Source: Piromyces finnis finn
Taxonomy: Eukaryota > Fungi > Neocallimastigomycota
DNA: 64,000 nucleotides
Direction: 5' to 3'
NCBI GenBank assembly: GCA_002104945.1
Contig: MCFH01000066.1
Location: forward strand, 124,001 to 188,000
The first letter of the stretch is position 1. Every line of letters starts with the position of its first letter. Below the pieces are notes generated by a model. The model saw only the letters and a program-made list of their open reading frames with translations, searched no databases and had not been told where the DNA came from. A program made the position numbers and the translations under genes. This document shows, in pieces, positions 10,518 through 22,541 of the stretch.

Positions 10518-12385
10518 ATGAATACTAGATATAGAATGTTAGACAACCGTGACGATGGAATAGCTGGAGTCAGTGACGCAGGCTCTGAGGCGAGTTCCAT
10601 GATGGATATTGAGGATGAGACTGGTAAAAGCGTTAACACCAGGGGAAAACTCATCCCAAAACCTCCAAGATTTTCGGGAAAAAGAAGTGAACTTCTTTAC
10701 TTCCTGGCAAGATTGGAGAAATACTTTAAATATAACTTGGAAGAAGATGCTACCGACGCCTACAAGCTGGATATCTTGGGATGCTACCTGGAAGGAACCG
10801 CCGCCGAATGGTTTGCCGACTTAGAAAGAGAAGAAAGCCCCCTATTGGATTCCTATGAAGACTTTATTGAGGCAATGAAGGCACATTACAAAACTTGCAA
10901 CAGTGCCGATGTAGCCAATAGTCAACTTGCATAGTTGAAGTCAAGTCAATTCAAGAACGTTATGGACTACTGCGAAGAATTTGAAAAGATGGCTAGAGAC
11001 TCGTCTTTTAACGATGAAGCGAAAATCCATTTCTTTATGGAAGGTTTACCAACTTCAGTCAAGGAAAAAGCTAAGCTCCTTTACCCAAGAATTAGGAAGT
11101 TAACTGAGTTAATTAATGTCGTTGCTGCCAATGTAGAAGTAGAATGGAAAGTCTTTGGAAAGGATCCTATGGATGTCGACGGAAAGAAGAACCGAAGATA
11201 TAATAGAGACTTAGGAACAAGGTACCTCTCTTATGGTGTAAAATATAGAAATTATGTAGACCAAGAAAATCCTACTACCTCAGCTAAACCAAGAAAATAT
11301 TTCTTCTGCATAAGGACTGGACATATTTAGAAGGATTGTCCTCAACTTAAGGATAAGGTTATAAATTGACCAAAAGCATTCATGGCTACTACCGCTGGAA
11401 GAAGAATGTTAAATGTTTACGATATTCTATTACAAGTTAATAGTGGTGTTTATCTTAAGGCTCTTGTTGATTCTGGCTCGGACTTAGACTTTTTGGATTA
11501 GAAAGCCGTGGACAAGTACAAGATCCCATTCCAAAGGATGATGAAGGATAAGTATGTGGAAGGTATAGGTGGTAATGGATTCTTGAAGTATGAAACAATT
11601 CCTGTAATCATGAACATCAAGAATCATAAAGAATCCATTCAATTCTACCTTACCGATCTTCCTTCTGGTATTTCCGTTATTCTTGGAAAAAATTGGTTGA
11701 GAAAGCATGATCCTACAATCAGCTTTAAGGATCAAACTCTTGAATTCAAATCCGAATTCTGTTACTTGAATTGCTGTGCTACTCCAGAAGACATGAAAAG
11801 AAGAAATCAAGAAGCGCAATTGGCAAAAGAAGAGGAAAGAAGAGAAGAAAAGGAACTCATACAAGATATACTTAGCAATTATAAAAATAGTTTAAAAATT
11901 AGAGATAGTGAAATTAAGAACAAAGAAAATATAAAAATTATAGATAAAAATAAGAATTAATGTATTAAAAATAAATGTAGTAAAAATTTAAAATTTAAAT
12001 AAAAAGAATGTTCAAAAGTATATTGTATGCAGTTCTTTCAAATGATGGAAGTAGTGGTGAAGATGTTGAAGAAAGTGTTGTAGAAATTCCTGATGTATAT
12101 AAGGAATTTGAAAGTGTATTTGATGAAGTTGAGTGCAATAAACTACCTCCACATCGAATATACGATTGTAAAATAAGATTGAAAGATAAAGATAACTTAT
12201 TTTATGGTCCGTTATACCCTTTGACAGAGGAAGAAAGGAATACGTTAAAGGAGTATATTTCTGAAAACTTAGAAAAAGGGTTTATTAGACCGTATACTTC
12301 ACCTGCTGGAGCACCTGTGCTGTTCGTTAGGAAAAAGGATGGGACTTTAAGATTGTGTGTTGACTACCGAAGACTCATTGAAAAC
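10518..12385 (+). pseudogene. pol: Gag-Pol pseudogene of A copy 1 (gag, protease LVDSG, RT start)
   Basis: Aligns to the 1140-aa ORF at 35710 but carries several in-frame stops (e.g. 10932 TAG, 11328 TAG, 11958 TAA). Confidence 0.92.
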
Positions 12386-13425
12386 TGTAACAACGCGAGA
12401 GACTCAGGTTAACACAATACTAATTAACTATTTTTTGTATTAATAGTATATTTTATTAATAATTTGATTATTTAATATTATTAATACAAATTAACCTTAA
12501 TACTAATTCTAAAGACTAAATTTACATGAATTTTATAAATTATTTATATTTACTATTTATAAATATTCTTATTTAATAATTATGAATAAACATTATTCAT
12601 ATTGATTGGTAACTTCAATTATTTAAATAAAAAAGAAGAAATAGAAATAGACAAATATTATGGATTAAATATAGCGATTGCTATATTTAATCCATAATAT
12701 AGAGAACCCGGAGTCGAACACATGACAAGTAGGTCAGCGTCCAACAACCTGACGGCGAAGCCAGCTTGGAGAACCCCGAAATACAATGATACGTTGTTAC
12801 TATAAAAATAAGAAATAATAATAAATTATAGGTGAAAATAGGTTAAATTATAATAATAATTTAATTCTTACATTTACGTAATGTAATTAAATATGTACAA
12901 GAATTTATTCAATGTAATATAATTAATAATAGTATTATAGCGGAGTTGAGAGAAATAGATATAGAAAAAAAAAGAAAAAAAAAATATTATAAAAAAAAGG
13001 AGACGTTAATTAGGAAAGATGAAAAAATAAGTTATAAAAAAAAAAGGGAATAAGTAAAACTTTTAGGATTATTTTATTTTATTATATTATTATTTTTTTT
13101 TGGAAGAGAATTATTATTTAGTTGAATAATTCTATATTTTTATTAAAGATATTAAATCTTAGTATTTTACTCTTATTCTTAATTTTACTTATAAACCTCT
13201 TAAAATATTTATTAATAAATAAAGATTAAAAAAAAAAAAAATATGTTATAAAAAAAAACAAATATTATTATTCTAGTTTTAGTGTTATTATAATTTTACA
13301 ATAAATTATTCTTAGTTAATTTTCTTTGTTAGAATATATTACTTTATACTATTCCCACTTGCTTAGTCCTAAAAACAAATAAGTATTATTCTATGTTACT
13401 TTATAAAAATATTGTATCATAATTT

Positions 13426-13442
13426 TGGTGGAGAATCCGGGC
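13426..13442 (+). promoter_or_regulatory. tRNA-type PBS TGGTGGAGAATCCGGGC (probably tRNA-Ala)
   Basis: TGG start, 6 nt after the LTR; the TGGTGGAG prefix fits a tRNA-Ala 3' end (..CUCCACCA). The tRNA identity was not checked. Confidence 0.7.
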
Positions 13443-13732
13443 GATGCAAGATAAAGTAATATGAAAATAATAAAGAAGAATAATTATTAATAATTTTAAC
13501 TATTATTTTTATTATATAAAAGAAATTATTACTTTAATATTAGTTTTATTCGTTTTTTTTTAGATAGTTCTTATTACTAAGATATTTTTATAATTATATA
13601 TATAAAAAAAAAAAAAAAATATTTTTAATAATAAATAAATTATTATATTTAAGTTTATTCATTTTTTTTATAAAACAAATCTCATAATTAAAACATTTTA
13701 TAATTTTAAGTAAATAATTAAATAATAATATA

Positions 13733-14833
13733 ATAGATGCTACAAAACTACAAAGGGTACTTCCTCTTCTCGAAGATTATGGAAAAGATGTCGACAGTTG
13801 GGTGTCTGACTTTTCTAGAATTATGGACTTGCATGACATCACAGATGCAAGAAAACTTTTTAATTGGGTGAAAGAAGCTGTAGAAGAAGAAATTCATGGA
13901 GATTTAGATATCTTGGTAAAAGAAGAAGGAAATAAGAAAATTTATCCAAGTCTTCATGAAATTCAAAAAGCCATTGAAGCTTCGTTAGAAATAACAGAGT
14001 CTGATAAATGCTCTAACCTTAAAACTATAAAGATTAATATGGGTGAAACTATAAGAAAATTTAATTGTAGACATAAAAAGATGTACAACCATCTTAGTGA
14101 GGATTTCAAAAAATTAATCTCTGTAAAAGATTATACAAATGCAATTAATTCCAGATTCTATCCGTGTTCCAGTGTGATTACCTCTCAATGTTCTACCTTA
14201 GATGAAGCTTATAAAGTTGCTGAAATTGCCGAAGGAGCTGAAAGAGAAATTACAGGAACAAATTCTAGCAATAATAATAATGGAACTAATGTTATGCTTA
14301 CTCAAGCTTTTAATAACCAGTACGATAACCCTCTTTTAGGTCACCCGTTCTTTGGAAATTTTAATACTCCCCCTTATTATATAAACCCAAATACTTTAAA
14401 CAATAACTTAATGGACTATTCACAAATTAATAATTATCCTCAAAATAACTTTGGAAACAATAATAACAGAGGAATGAATTATAACGCTAAAAACAATGAA
14501 AGAAGAAATAATAATTTTAATCATAACATGAAGTATGGTCAAGCTAATGTTATGCTGGCAAGAAACAAACCATCTTATAAAAATTGGAACCAATCTCAGA
14601 ATACATACATTGAAAATAATGCTTATCCTAGCATTATTAATAATAATAGTAATCAAAACCATAACAACAATCATAACACCTATCATCAGGATAATAGAAT
14701 CTATAGAGAAAATAAAAATATTACATGCTTTAAATGTAACCAAGTAGGGCACAAATCGCCAAATTGTCCATATAGTTATAAACAGTTAGCTGAAATGGAA
14801 GAGAAAGGATTATTAAAGAAGCCTTTAAACTAA
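13733..14833 (+). CDS. gag: Element C Gag with CCHC zinc knuckle
   Basis: CFKCNQVGHKSPNC; the frame is open from ATA at 13733 (no upstream in-frame ATG seen); ends at the slippery site TTTAAAC-TAA. Confidence 0.85.
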   Translation: MDATKLQRVLPLLEDYGKDVDSWVSDFSRIMDLHDITDARKLFNWVKEAVEEEIHGDLDILVKEEGNKKIYPSLHEIQKAIEASLEITESDKCSNLKTIKINMGETIRKFNCRHKKMYNHLSEDFKKLISVKDYTNAINSRFYPCSSVITSQCSTLDEAYKVAEIAEGAEREITGTNSSNNNNGTNVMLTQAFNNQYDNPLLGHPFFGNFNTPPYYINPNTLNNNLMDYSQINNYPQNNFGNNNNRGMNYNAKNNERRNNNFNHNMKYGQANVMLARNKPSYKNWNQSQNTYIENNAYPSIINNNSNQNHNNNHNTYHQDNRIYRENKNITCFKCNQVGHKSPNCPYSYKQLAEMEEKGLLKKPLN

Positions 14834-17800
14834 TAAATGGAAGAAGGACAACTTCCATTAATCAAACCACTATAATCCACCCTAATAATATAAATAACAA
14901 TATGAAATATAATAATAATAACAATAATAAAAATAATTTGATGACTATTGTTAATGGTGATCAAAATAATTATAATAAAAAACACGATAATATTGATGAT
15001 AATACAAATGTTGAGGATAATTTATTCAATAATAATTACAATACATATATACAAGAAACAAGCACATTACACAGTGGTTATAATAATGAAATTGGTTATC
15101 TCAATAATGATTCTCCTGAAATGGTGGCTGTCGCTACTCGTAGAGAAAAGGATAACAATAATAGAAGTAATCCATACCATAGTGATAAACTAAAATCAAA
15201 ATTGAAAGATAATCCAAGGCCCATACAGACCGATGCAATGAATTATAATGCTAAGTTGCCAGATCTCCATTTTCCAAATACAGACAATTATGAAAATGTA
15301 AGTAATAATAACAAGATTACAAATAATAGCAAGGTCAAAAGCAATGTAGACGTTGGTAGTATAAATATAAATCCCCGTATTGAAGACAATAATAGTAATC
15401 ATAATAAGAATGGTGTTAATGAAAGTGAATTAAGTAATAAAATAGATAGTAATAAAAAATTAAAAAGTGATAAAATAATACCTGTAGAGAAAGAAGATGA
15501 AGACATGGTATTAGAAGAAGACTATAATCAAAGCGAAGAATCAGATATTGAATCTCTCAATAAAACTTACCTTGTGGATAACGATCAATCACAAAACAAT
15601 AGGAGAATAGCAAAGGAAAAGAAAAATCTAAATAAACAAGATGAAAATATTAATAAAACAGAGAAATTAAAATTTTTAGATCCTTCCATAATTGCAAATA
15701 AAAATATAAATAATGTTAAGAAAAAAAATAAACAAGTGAAATTTAAAGAGATGAGTGAAAGAGTAAATGTTAGTAATAATTCTACTAAAAATAGTGATAA
15801 TACTTCAATAAAATTAGTATAAAAAGAATTACCTGAGAAACTGAAAGAAAGACATATTAACCTAATGGAAGATTTTGAAAAATATTATATACAAGATTTA
15901 ATTAAGGAAGTTGCTTCAACCGAAGTAATGACAAAGTTAGCTTACCTATTGGACTTGTTCCCGAAATTTAGAACGGAATTTCTAAAAGCGTTAAAACTTC
16001 AACCTAAAAATACCATTACAAATGTAATGACAACAATAAGTAAAAATAAAATAATTAAAGTCAAAGGAAAAGTTGAAGAAGTTTCATGTAATATTTTTCT
16101 GGACACTTGTGCTAGTGTAAATATTATTACACGTACCGCTCTAAAGAAATATAATATTAACAAACCAGCTGTTGGAAGAATCTCGGAAACGATATTTCAA
16201 GCTTACTCAAACTCTGTTATGGATACTGAGATTTATGATTTAAACATTTCCATTGGTAATATTACTTTCAACGACTATTTTAGGGTAATTGAGAAGGATG
16301 ATCTATTTGATATATTACTTGGTGTAGATTCGTTAAAAAGAAATAGATTTGATATTAATTTAGTGAGTGATTGTTTATATCATATTGATGATAATGGAAA
16401 TTACTTGAAATTAGCAGACCTCACTTACGATATCCAACCAACCTCCACTGTGAATGAGAATACTACTGAATGCAAGGAACCTATTCTATTAACGATCACT
16501 GTCAATAAGGTAGATAATTTTAATAATGGTAATAATGTGAATTTAAAAGAAAATTTAATCAATGATATAATTAATACGGTACCGATTGAAGTTAAAGCAG
16601 AAACCGTTGAACTATTCCAAAAGTATAAGGAGGTAATTGCTGTTAGTACAGATGATTTAGGTGGATCCAATTTATTTCAACATAAAATTGAATTGATTCC
16701 AAATTCACAACCAATTAAGCAACGTGCTTATAGACTCTCTAAATCCCAAATGGAAGCTTTGAAAGGTGAATTATCAAAGCTAATTAAAAACCGATTGATT
16801 GAACCTTCCAGTTCTTCTTGGGCATCTCCTGTGGTTTTAGTTCCTAAAAAGAATAAAAAATGGAGAATGTGTGTTGATTATCGTCAATTAAATAATATAA
16901 CATTAAAAGATTCTTATGCATTACCTTTAATTGACGAGATACTTACTTTTATTAATAAAAATTCAAAAATTCTTTCCACTATTGATTTATTTTCGGGATA
17001 TCATCAAATCCCTATGGATCCCAAGGATAAAGACAAAACTTCTTTCACCACGATGTTTGGCAATTACAACTTCAAGGTCATGCCTTTTGGATTATGTAAC
17101 GCCCCTGCTACATTTCAGCGTGAAATGAACAGGATATTTTTTGACCTTATCGGATCCTGCATGTTCGTGTACATAGATGATTTAGTTATTTTCTCAGATT
17201 CAGTTGAATCCCACATAAATCATCTTTCTAAAGTCTTTCAAATTTTATTAAATAACAAATTAAAAATTAATATTGAAAAATGTGATTTCTTTAAAACAAA
17301 AGTTGAACTACTAGGTCATATACTTACAATTGAGGGTATCTCACCAATTCCAGATAAAATACGTGTTATTAATAATTGGGTCCCACCGAAAAATGTAACA
17401 CAATTAAAATCCTTCCTCGGAGCTATTGGATATTATAGAAAATTTATTAACAAATTTGCTCAGATCGCTAAACCTTTATTTAATTTACTAAAAAAAGACG
17501 TACCTTTCATTTGGACTGATGATTGTACTATTTCTTTTGAAGAATTAAAAAACCGGTTAATGGTAGCTCCTATTCTTTCCTCCCCAGACTATTCCAAACC
17601 TTTCATTATCAGGACAGACGCCTCAAGAGATGGTTTAGGCGGTGTATTATTGCAAAAGAACGAGAATAACGATGAACTTCCCCTTTATTTCGAAAGTAGG
17701 TCCTTGTCAACTTCTGAAGCTAATTACAGCATTACCGACTTGGAAGGTAAAGCTGTATTTCACTGTGTAAAAAAGTTTAAATCTTTTATAACAGGTAACT

Positions 17801-19236
17801 CAATGGTTACTACTGTTATTACTGACCACAAACCGTTGGTTAGTATATTTAAAAAAAGGGAACCTACCAATAGTCGCCATCTCAAATGGGTAACTGAATT
17901 AAGTATATTGAACGTGGAAGTTCAATTTGAGGAAGGGAGAAAAAACGTGATTGCAGACGCATTATCAAGACTGGATACAGTAAAAGAAGGAGAAAACTCT
18001 AAAAATGATAATAATAATGATAATTATGAAACAATTAATATAACTTATAATACTAATGATAATGATAGTCTTAATAATTATATGAGAGAATTTATAAATA
18101 CAAGAATTATTGAGCTGGATGATGCAAAATACTATAAGCAAGGAGATATATTAAGAAAAATTATTGATGATACTAACCTGAAAGCAAATTTAATAAAGGA
18201 TGCTCATCAGATTGGTCATGAAGGTGTTTATAAAACCTATAATAGATTAAAAAAATGTTATTATTGGAAAAATATGAAAAGTGATATAATAAATTATATT
18301 AAGTGTTGCCATAGATGTCAAACCTGTAGGCCTCAATCATTAAACAAATATTCAGAAGATATTGCTACCCCTCCCAGTTATCCATTTTCAAGAGTAGGCT
18401 TAGATTTAATAGGTCCTCTACCTATTACAAAAAATAAAAACAAATATATTATAGTATTAGTAGATTACTTAACTAAATGGGTAGAAGCTGAACCCTTAAA
18501 GTCAGCTGAATCAGAAGACGTAATAAAATTCTTAAAACAGGTTTTTTCTAGACATGGGATACCTGAAATATTAGTAACGGACAACGGACCGCAGTTTACT
18601 TCTGATAAAACAAAAGCCTTCTTAGACCTACATGATGTTTATGTCCATTACATTACTACTTACCACCCTGCATCTAATGGCGAAGTAGAAAATAGGAATC
18701 GTGAAATAGGAAAATACTTACGACTATTAGGGGAAAAATATGACGAATGGGACGAAACTCTTTACAGTGCACTTTGGGCCTTAAGGACATGTAAAAGTGA
18801 AGTTACGAAACACAGTAGTTTTGAACTACTGTACGGAAGAAGAGATTTACAACCCTTCGAATTATCAATCAATATTGAAAAGAAGAATGAATTAGAAAAT
18901 GAAGATGAATATTGGCTACGGAAATTTATTACTCATGATCAATGGATAAGAGAAGCTATAAAAAATATTGAAACGGCAAATAGACTATGGGAAGATCGCC
19001 GTAAACAAATTAAAAGAATGAAAAGTGATTACAAACCTGGAGACTTAATTCTTGTAAAAGTATTTAATAGGAGGAAACTAGACCCGTTCTTTACAGGACC
19101 TTTAGAAATTGTAAAAAGGGAATTAAATACTGTAACCGTTTGTGATCCAATCACAAAGGAAATTGCAGAAAGGAATATTCATTTAAAAAATGTTATTCCT
19201 TATATAACAGAAATTAATCTAGACGAGGAATTATAA
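14824..19236 (+). CDS. pol: Element C Pol (Asn-rich spacer, protease, RT, RNase H, integrase) with one in-frame TAA at 15820-15822
   Basis: FLDTCAS, CVDYRQLN, YIDDLV, RTDAS, HHCC (HQIGH..CHRC), GLDLIG..TDNG..EVE, KLDPFFTGP; ORFs 14902 and 15865 are in the same frame. Confidence 0.92.
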
Positions 19237-20466
19237 AAAAAAAAAAAAATAAAAAAAAAAAAAAAAAAAAAATTTTTAATTTAAAATTCAATATTAATAG
19301 AATAAAATGGTAATACGTACGGAAGAAGAAGATATGAATGAGAATACATAGAACAAATAATATATATATAATCACAACATCCTGAAAATCATTTTTTTAA
19401 TCCTGATGAAATCCATTCAAATTTCAAATTAAAATTTCCAAATTCAAATTTCAGATCACATTTTAAAAATGGTTTGTTTAAATTTCGTTAACATAAGAAT
19501 AAATAAATATATAAATATATAAAAATATATAAATAATAAAATAATAGAAAAATATATATATATAAGAATATGAATATAAAAAAAAAAAATAATAATAATA
19601 ATAATCATTAGATTATAGTTACATCAAATTATAATATATAAATTATATAGTTATTAATATTCAGTTAACTTACCTAAAAAAAAAAAAAAAAAAAAAAAAA
19701 ATAATAAAATAACTTTAATATTAATTCAAGGTATTATGACAAGAACACTAAGCTGGACTTCAGGGGACGAAGTCTAGACTAAGTGAGGGCGTCTTGATAC
19801 GTTGTTACTATAAAAATAAGAAATAATAATAAATTATAGGTGAAAATAGGTTAAATTATAATAATAATTTAATTCTTACATTTACGTAATGTAATTAAAT
19901 ATGTACAAGAATTTATTCAATGTAATATAATTAATAATAGTATTATAGCGGAGTTGATAGAAATAGATATAGAAAAAAAAAGAAAAAAAAAATATTATAA
20001 AAAAAAGGAGACGTTAATTAGGAAAGATGAAAAAATAAGTTATAAAAAAAAAAGGGAATAAGTAAAACTTTTAGGATTATTTTATTTTATTATATTATTA
20101 TTTTTTTTGGAAGAGAATTATTATTTAGTTGAATAATTCTATATTTTTATTAAAGATATTAAATCTTAGTATTTTACTCTTATTCTTAATTTTACTTATA
20201 AACCTCTTAAAATATTTATTAATAAATAAAGATTAAAAAAAAAAAAAATATGTTATAAAAAAAAACAAATATTATTATTCTAGTTTTAGTGTTATTATAA
20301 TTTTACAATAAATTATTCTTAGTTAATTTTCTTTGTTAGAATATATTACTTTATACTATTCCCACTTGCTTAGTCCTAAAAACAAATAAGTATTATTCTA
20401 TGTTACTTTATAAAAATATTGTATCAACAATTTTGGTGAAAGGGTACAAAACCTTTATACGTTACA

Positions 20467-20483
20467 TATACGATTTTCCAACT
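20467..20483 (+). promoter_or_regulatory. PBS of element D, TATACGATTTTCCAACT
   Basis: Directly after GTTACA; contains the same 11-mer as the element A PBS. Confidence 0.7.
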
Positions 20484-21509
20484 GTGAAGATATTAACTGG
20501 ATTTAAAACAAATTCAGATAATATCTATAAATTAATTAAACATAATAATTAGAATTAAATGATCCCAATAATTATTTTAAAACACCTTTAAAAGTCACCT
20601 TTTAAATTTTGGTTCAGTGAAAGGGTTATGATTTCAAAAAATTTAATATCAATACACTATAACCCTTAGCCAAAAATAAACAAATACGAAACAACGCATA
20701 ACTCGCCAAAAACGAACGCTACGGCTGTAAGTATTACGGCTGTGAAACCAAGTTTATTAGAAAGCTTAAGGGAAAAGCTATATTTTGGTATAATCGCGGT
20801 CCTTCTAACTGGTCATTTAAGGAAGATATGATCATTTGAAGATTTTAATAAGTAAATTAAAATTAATATGATATCAAGTATGGATCATAGACATTTCTTA
20901 TGACTTGACGAAAATTAAAAGGATATCAATAGAAATTCTAATTATATTAATTTAATTAATGATAGTGACTGTTACTAAAAATAGAACTAAACCATTTAGG
21001 TGTAACAGTTAACATTTATAAATTAAATAATTTTAATTATTATAAAATAGGTTAATGGATCAAGTGTTTAAATGATTAATCATATGTTTATTTTATTTTA
21101 TGTCATGACAAAACAAACAAACAAACAATCAATCTTATTATGTTATTAATATATTACATGTAATACTTTATTTTTATCAATTTAATAATCTGAACAAAGA
21201 ATATAAAATAGAATGAATTGAATTTGATTTTAATTTGTAAAGATTATAGTTATAATCTTAATTATATAGTTATTAAATATATTATCATTTATATTATTAT
21301 TAATAAATAAATAAAATTTTATAAAAAAAAGTTATTCTAAAGAATAAATATTAATTTTTCATTTGGAAGTTTAAAGGGTTATTTTATATTTAAATTTAAT
21401 TTCTTAAAAACATATTTACTATATAATTGATAACATTCTGACCTGGCCGCATAACCAAATCCAAAAACTTAACAATAATCTTTACCCGCTGTTTAGTGGC
21501 TACTTTAGA

Positions 21510-22541
21510 ATGTTCACTCCAGTTCCTAACTTCCCAGACGAGGTAAACCAACTTAGAGAGGATGCTACTCAGACTGCCAAAGATATCATTGAGGGTATCA
21601 ATGAAAATTTGGTTTTCCGTGAAGATTTTCAAAATTTTTCCAATGATGTGAACAATCGTTTAAATGAAATCATGGGAGTATTAACCAGTATGAATAATAG
21701 TCAAGTTACTCAGAATGAAGATGAGCATCCATTGTTACATACCAACTATGATAGGATAGCTACTCCAAGACCTACTGCCTTTAGAGATGATGAATCTAAT
21801 TCAACAAGATTTGACTTAGATCATGATGTTATCATGAGAGGTCGTTTTGCTACTCCAATTACTCAAGTCTCAGATCCAGGTATGTTTTCCGGTAAGACTA
21901 GTGAGACCGATCTATTTTGTCAATTATGTGAAGATACTTTTAAAACTCTACCAAATCGATCTTTACCAGAAGAAACAAAAATTAATTTTGTACAATCCCG
22001 TCTTCGTGATGCTGCTAGAAATTGGTATCTTGCCAAGTACAAGGATAATATTTATCCAGCTACCATGCAAGAATTATTGGATGGATTAAGAATTGCTTTC
22101 TCCAATGTTGCTAGTTACAAGATAGCTAAAATCAAAATAATTCGTTTAAAACAACAATATGGTAAAATAAATGATTATATCGAAGAATTCCGCTCTCTTT
22201 CACAACAATTTAAATGGAATGAAGAAGCATTATCTTTAATCTTTTACAATGGGTTACATCCAAAATATCAGGAAGAAATTGAAAAGATGGAGGTATTTCC
22301 AACCACTATGGAGTCCATTATAACTAGATGTATTTTGATTGAAAGTTCTCTTTCTACAAAGAATAAGATTACCCAGTCTTCCAGTTCCAAATCTAACAAG
22401 AAAAGAAATTCACATTTCAACCACCACAGACCATACAACAACAATAACAATAACAATAACAATAGCAATAACTTCCAAAAACATAATAATAATTACTATA
22501 ACAACAATTATAAGGCTCAAAAAATTAGTTCAAAAAACTAA
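21510..22541 (+). CDS. gag: Element D Gag (no zinc knuckle)
   Basis: DPGMFSGK..DLFCQLC..AARNWY..YIEEFRSL..FYNGL retrotransposon capsid pattern. Confidence 0.88.
   Translation: MFTPVPNFPDEVNQLREDATQTAKDIIEGINENLVFREDFQNFSNDVNNRLNEIMGVLTSMNNSQVTQNEDEHPLLHTNYDRIATPRPTAFRDDESNSTRFDLDHDVIMRGRFATPITQVSDPGMFSGKTSETDLFCQLCEDTFKTLPNRSLPEETKINFVQSRLRDAARNWYLAKYKDNIYPATMQELLDGLRIAFSNVASYKIAKIKIIRLKQQYGKINDYIEEFRSLSQQFKWNEEALSLIFYNGLHPKYQEEIEKMEVFPTTMESIITRCILIESSLSTKNKITQSSSSKSNKKRNSHFNHHRPYNNNNNNNNNSNNFQKHNNNYYNNNYKAQKISSKN

Larger units (their letters stand above)
9349..12385 (+). mobile_element. Element A copy 1: 5'-eroded LTR (9349-10032), PBS and decayed gag-PR-RT start; truncated by element D
   Basis: Near-identical in layout to 34515-39090; LTR ends AATATTTTACA. 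Confidence 0.93.
12787..20426 (+). mobile_element. Element C: full-length, very young tRNA-primed Ty3/Gypsy (non-chromovirus)
   Basis: LTRs 12787-13419 and 19795-20426 (TGATAC..GTATCA); I saw only one substitution and one homopolymer-length difference between them. 4-bp TSD ACAA; purine tract AAGTGAGGG at 19781-19789. Confidence 0.95.

Noticed and set aside
10409-10654. Short antisense or alternate-frame ORFs overlapping gag/pol (also 14420, 16425, 24391, 35667, 41052, 46568 and others)
   Set aside because: Shadows of real coding frames or low-complexity DNA; no independent motifs.
12700-12780. tRNA-like GTTCGACTCC on the minus strand
   Set aside because: No T-stem, no acceptor pairing and no A box at the right distance.
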